DNA of 51,103 nt from Octopus sinensis (Eukaryota): the NCBI RefSeq assembly GCF_006345805.1, contig NW_021834167.1, forward strand, positions 1 through 51,103, given 5' to 3'. The position numbers and the translations under genes were made by a program. How positions within the stretch are numbered: the first letter of the stretch is position 1; each line of letters begins with the position of its first letter. Shown piece by piece: positions 49,520 through 51,103 of this stretch. The notes beneath the pieces were generated by a model. That model was given only the letters and a program-made list of their open reading frames with translations. It made no database searches and was not told the origin of the DNA.

Positions 49520-50590
49520 GATAATGTTTGTCTGTAAGGGGCTCTACCCAACACCCACCTGCATCCTCTCTGCCCTGTCAACTATTTCTCTCCTCATTTC
49601 ATCCCCTAACACCCATCACTTCTCTACCAACTGGGAGCAGAATAAACACTACACCATTACAAATCACTCCCATTTCCTGTTATCATCCCCCCCACCCACT
49701 GCCTTCTCTTCTCTGTAAGACTAATACCTCACTTATCTGCTAACACCTTCAAAGCCCTTGCATATCTACCACAACTCCCACCCTATGCTTCTCATACATT
49801 TCACTCCTTTACTTGCCACAGTCACCTCTATCCCACCCACTTACCCAATCCAAACCTTTTTATCACCCCACCTATTCTCACCTCACCCCACCAAAGTAAG
49901 GAATTTACTATTAAGAAATGTCTCTTGAGAGTATCTCCTAACACATCTCCACCATTATCTCTCTCACTATCACTCTTTATCTTACTCTTCAACCTACTCT
50001 CCTTTCTTTTCCAAAGGGGGTATCTGTGTGTCTACTCTACAGCAAGACATCTATCTCTGTCCATCTATACCTTTAATTTTTCACCAACGGACACAATTCC
50101 ACCACCCACTCAATACTATTCTTCCCTTCCAGCTGAAGGGTTTTCATCTTGAAAGATACATGACAACCCCACCAGTGCTGGTGCCACATGAAAAGCACCC
50201 AGTGCATTTTATAGCTTCCGTGCAAGTGGCACGTAAAATGCACCAATCTGACCGTGGCCGATGCCAGCCTCGCCTAGCACCTGTGCAGGTGGCACATAAA
50301 AAGCACCCACTACACTCACGGAGTGGTTGGCGTTAGGAAGGGCATCCAGCTGTAGAAACATTGCCAGATAAGACCGGAGCCTGGTGCAGCCTTCTGGCTT
50401 CCCAGATCCCCGGTCGAACCGTCCAGCCCATGCTAGCATGGAGAACGGACGTTAAACGATGATGATGATGATGATGATGATTCACATTAAGAAGGGCATC
50501 CAGCTGTAGAAACCACACTAAGACAAAGCATGGTTCCTGGCCTTACCAGGAAAATGGACATTAAATGATGATGATGATGATGACGACGAC
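49520..50590 (+). mobile_element. Old long-form family A copy interrupted by a young family A copy (50207-50480) in the same orientation
   Basis: The old element breaks at AAAGCACCCAGTGCA (~50206) and resumes at ~50485 with AAGAAGGGCATCCAGCTGTAGAAAC. Confidence 0.75.
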
Positions 50591-50868
50591 AATATACATA
50601 TATATGTGCATATAACTTCCTCCTCATCATCATCATCATTTAATGTCCATTCTCCATGCTGGCATGGGTCAGATGTGTCATTTTTGCTCTCTAACACTGG
50701 CTGGGGACCATATCTCACTCATAAACTTCATTTCTGGTTTAATGCACATCCTAACAGCAACGACTTTACAGAGTGAATGGGGTGCGCTTATTCACAACAT
50801 CAGTACTAGAGCGCATGGGAGAAGAGGGTGGTGACCAGCAAGAGATTGATAAATGGTATGAGTGATAA

Positions 50869-51103
50869 GGCGGCGAGCTGGCAGAATCGTTAACAGGCCG
50901 GGCAAATTGCATAGCCGTATTTCGTCTGCCGCTACGTTCTGAGTTCAAATTCCGCTGAGGTCGACTTTGCCTTTCATCCTTTTGAGGTCGATTAAATAAG
51001 TACCAGTTACGCTCTGGGGTCGATGTAATCGACTTAATCCGTTTGTCTGTCCTTGTTTGTCCCCTCTGTGTTTAGCCCCTTGTGGGTAGTAAAGAAATAG
51101 GTA
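50869..51103 (+). mobile_element. Young tRNA-derived SINE family C, running off the window end; older copies at ~38005-38200 and ~38222-38450
   Basis: GGCGGCGAGCTGGCAGAATCG (box A-like) and GAGTTCAAATTC (box B-like); CpGs retained. Confidence 0.9.

Noticed and set aside
50869-50960. tRNA gene calls at SINE heads (also ~2060, ~23880, ~44585)
   Set aside because: The A/B boxes continue into SINE bodies and there is no complete cloverleaf; these are tRNA-derived SINE heads.

Overview
This is AT-rich, microsatellite-dense animal genomic DNA. Its SINE and LINE families look like those of octopus or another coleoid cephalopod; that assignment is inferred from recognising the repeats, not from a search. 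The only host gene I can support is a minus-strand Hedgehog acyltransferase (HHAT/Rasp, MBOAT family). It appears as two exons that the ORF track misses: a 36-nt exon at 12072-12037 and a 202-nt exon at 1904-1703. They splice in frame to ...HFDRGLYSFMKR|YIYVPAGGSHNG...FYWHG..., keeping the catalytic His. Everything else appears intronic: a 10.1-kb intron, then about 39 kb in which I found no further HHAT exon. That DNA holds decayed Tc1/mariner, MULE, RTE and R4-like elements, at least four SINE-like families, MITEs, and micro- and minisatellites. Top leads: (1) a complete-core minimal type I hammerhead ribozyme at 20913-20957; (2) four local inverted duplications that would fold into long dsRNA in the pre-mRNA, relevant to cephalopod A-to-I editing; (3) a Tc1 element with DD36E spacing and a mariner-like fragment with DD38D spacing; (4) a SINE whose internal module expanded into a 186-bp higher-order repeat; (5) a candidate 26-nt poison exon of HHAT. 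Nearly all ORFs in the supplied track are low-complexity or repeat artefacts. Boundaries of decayed repeats are approximate.
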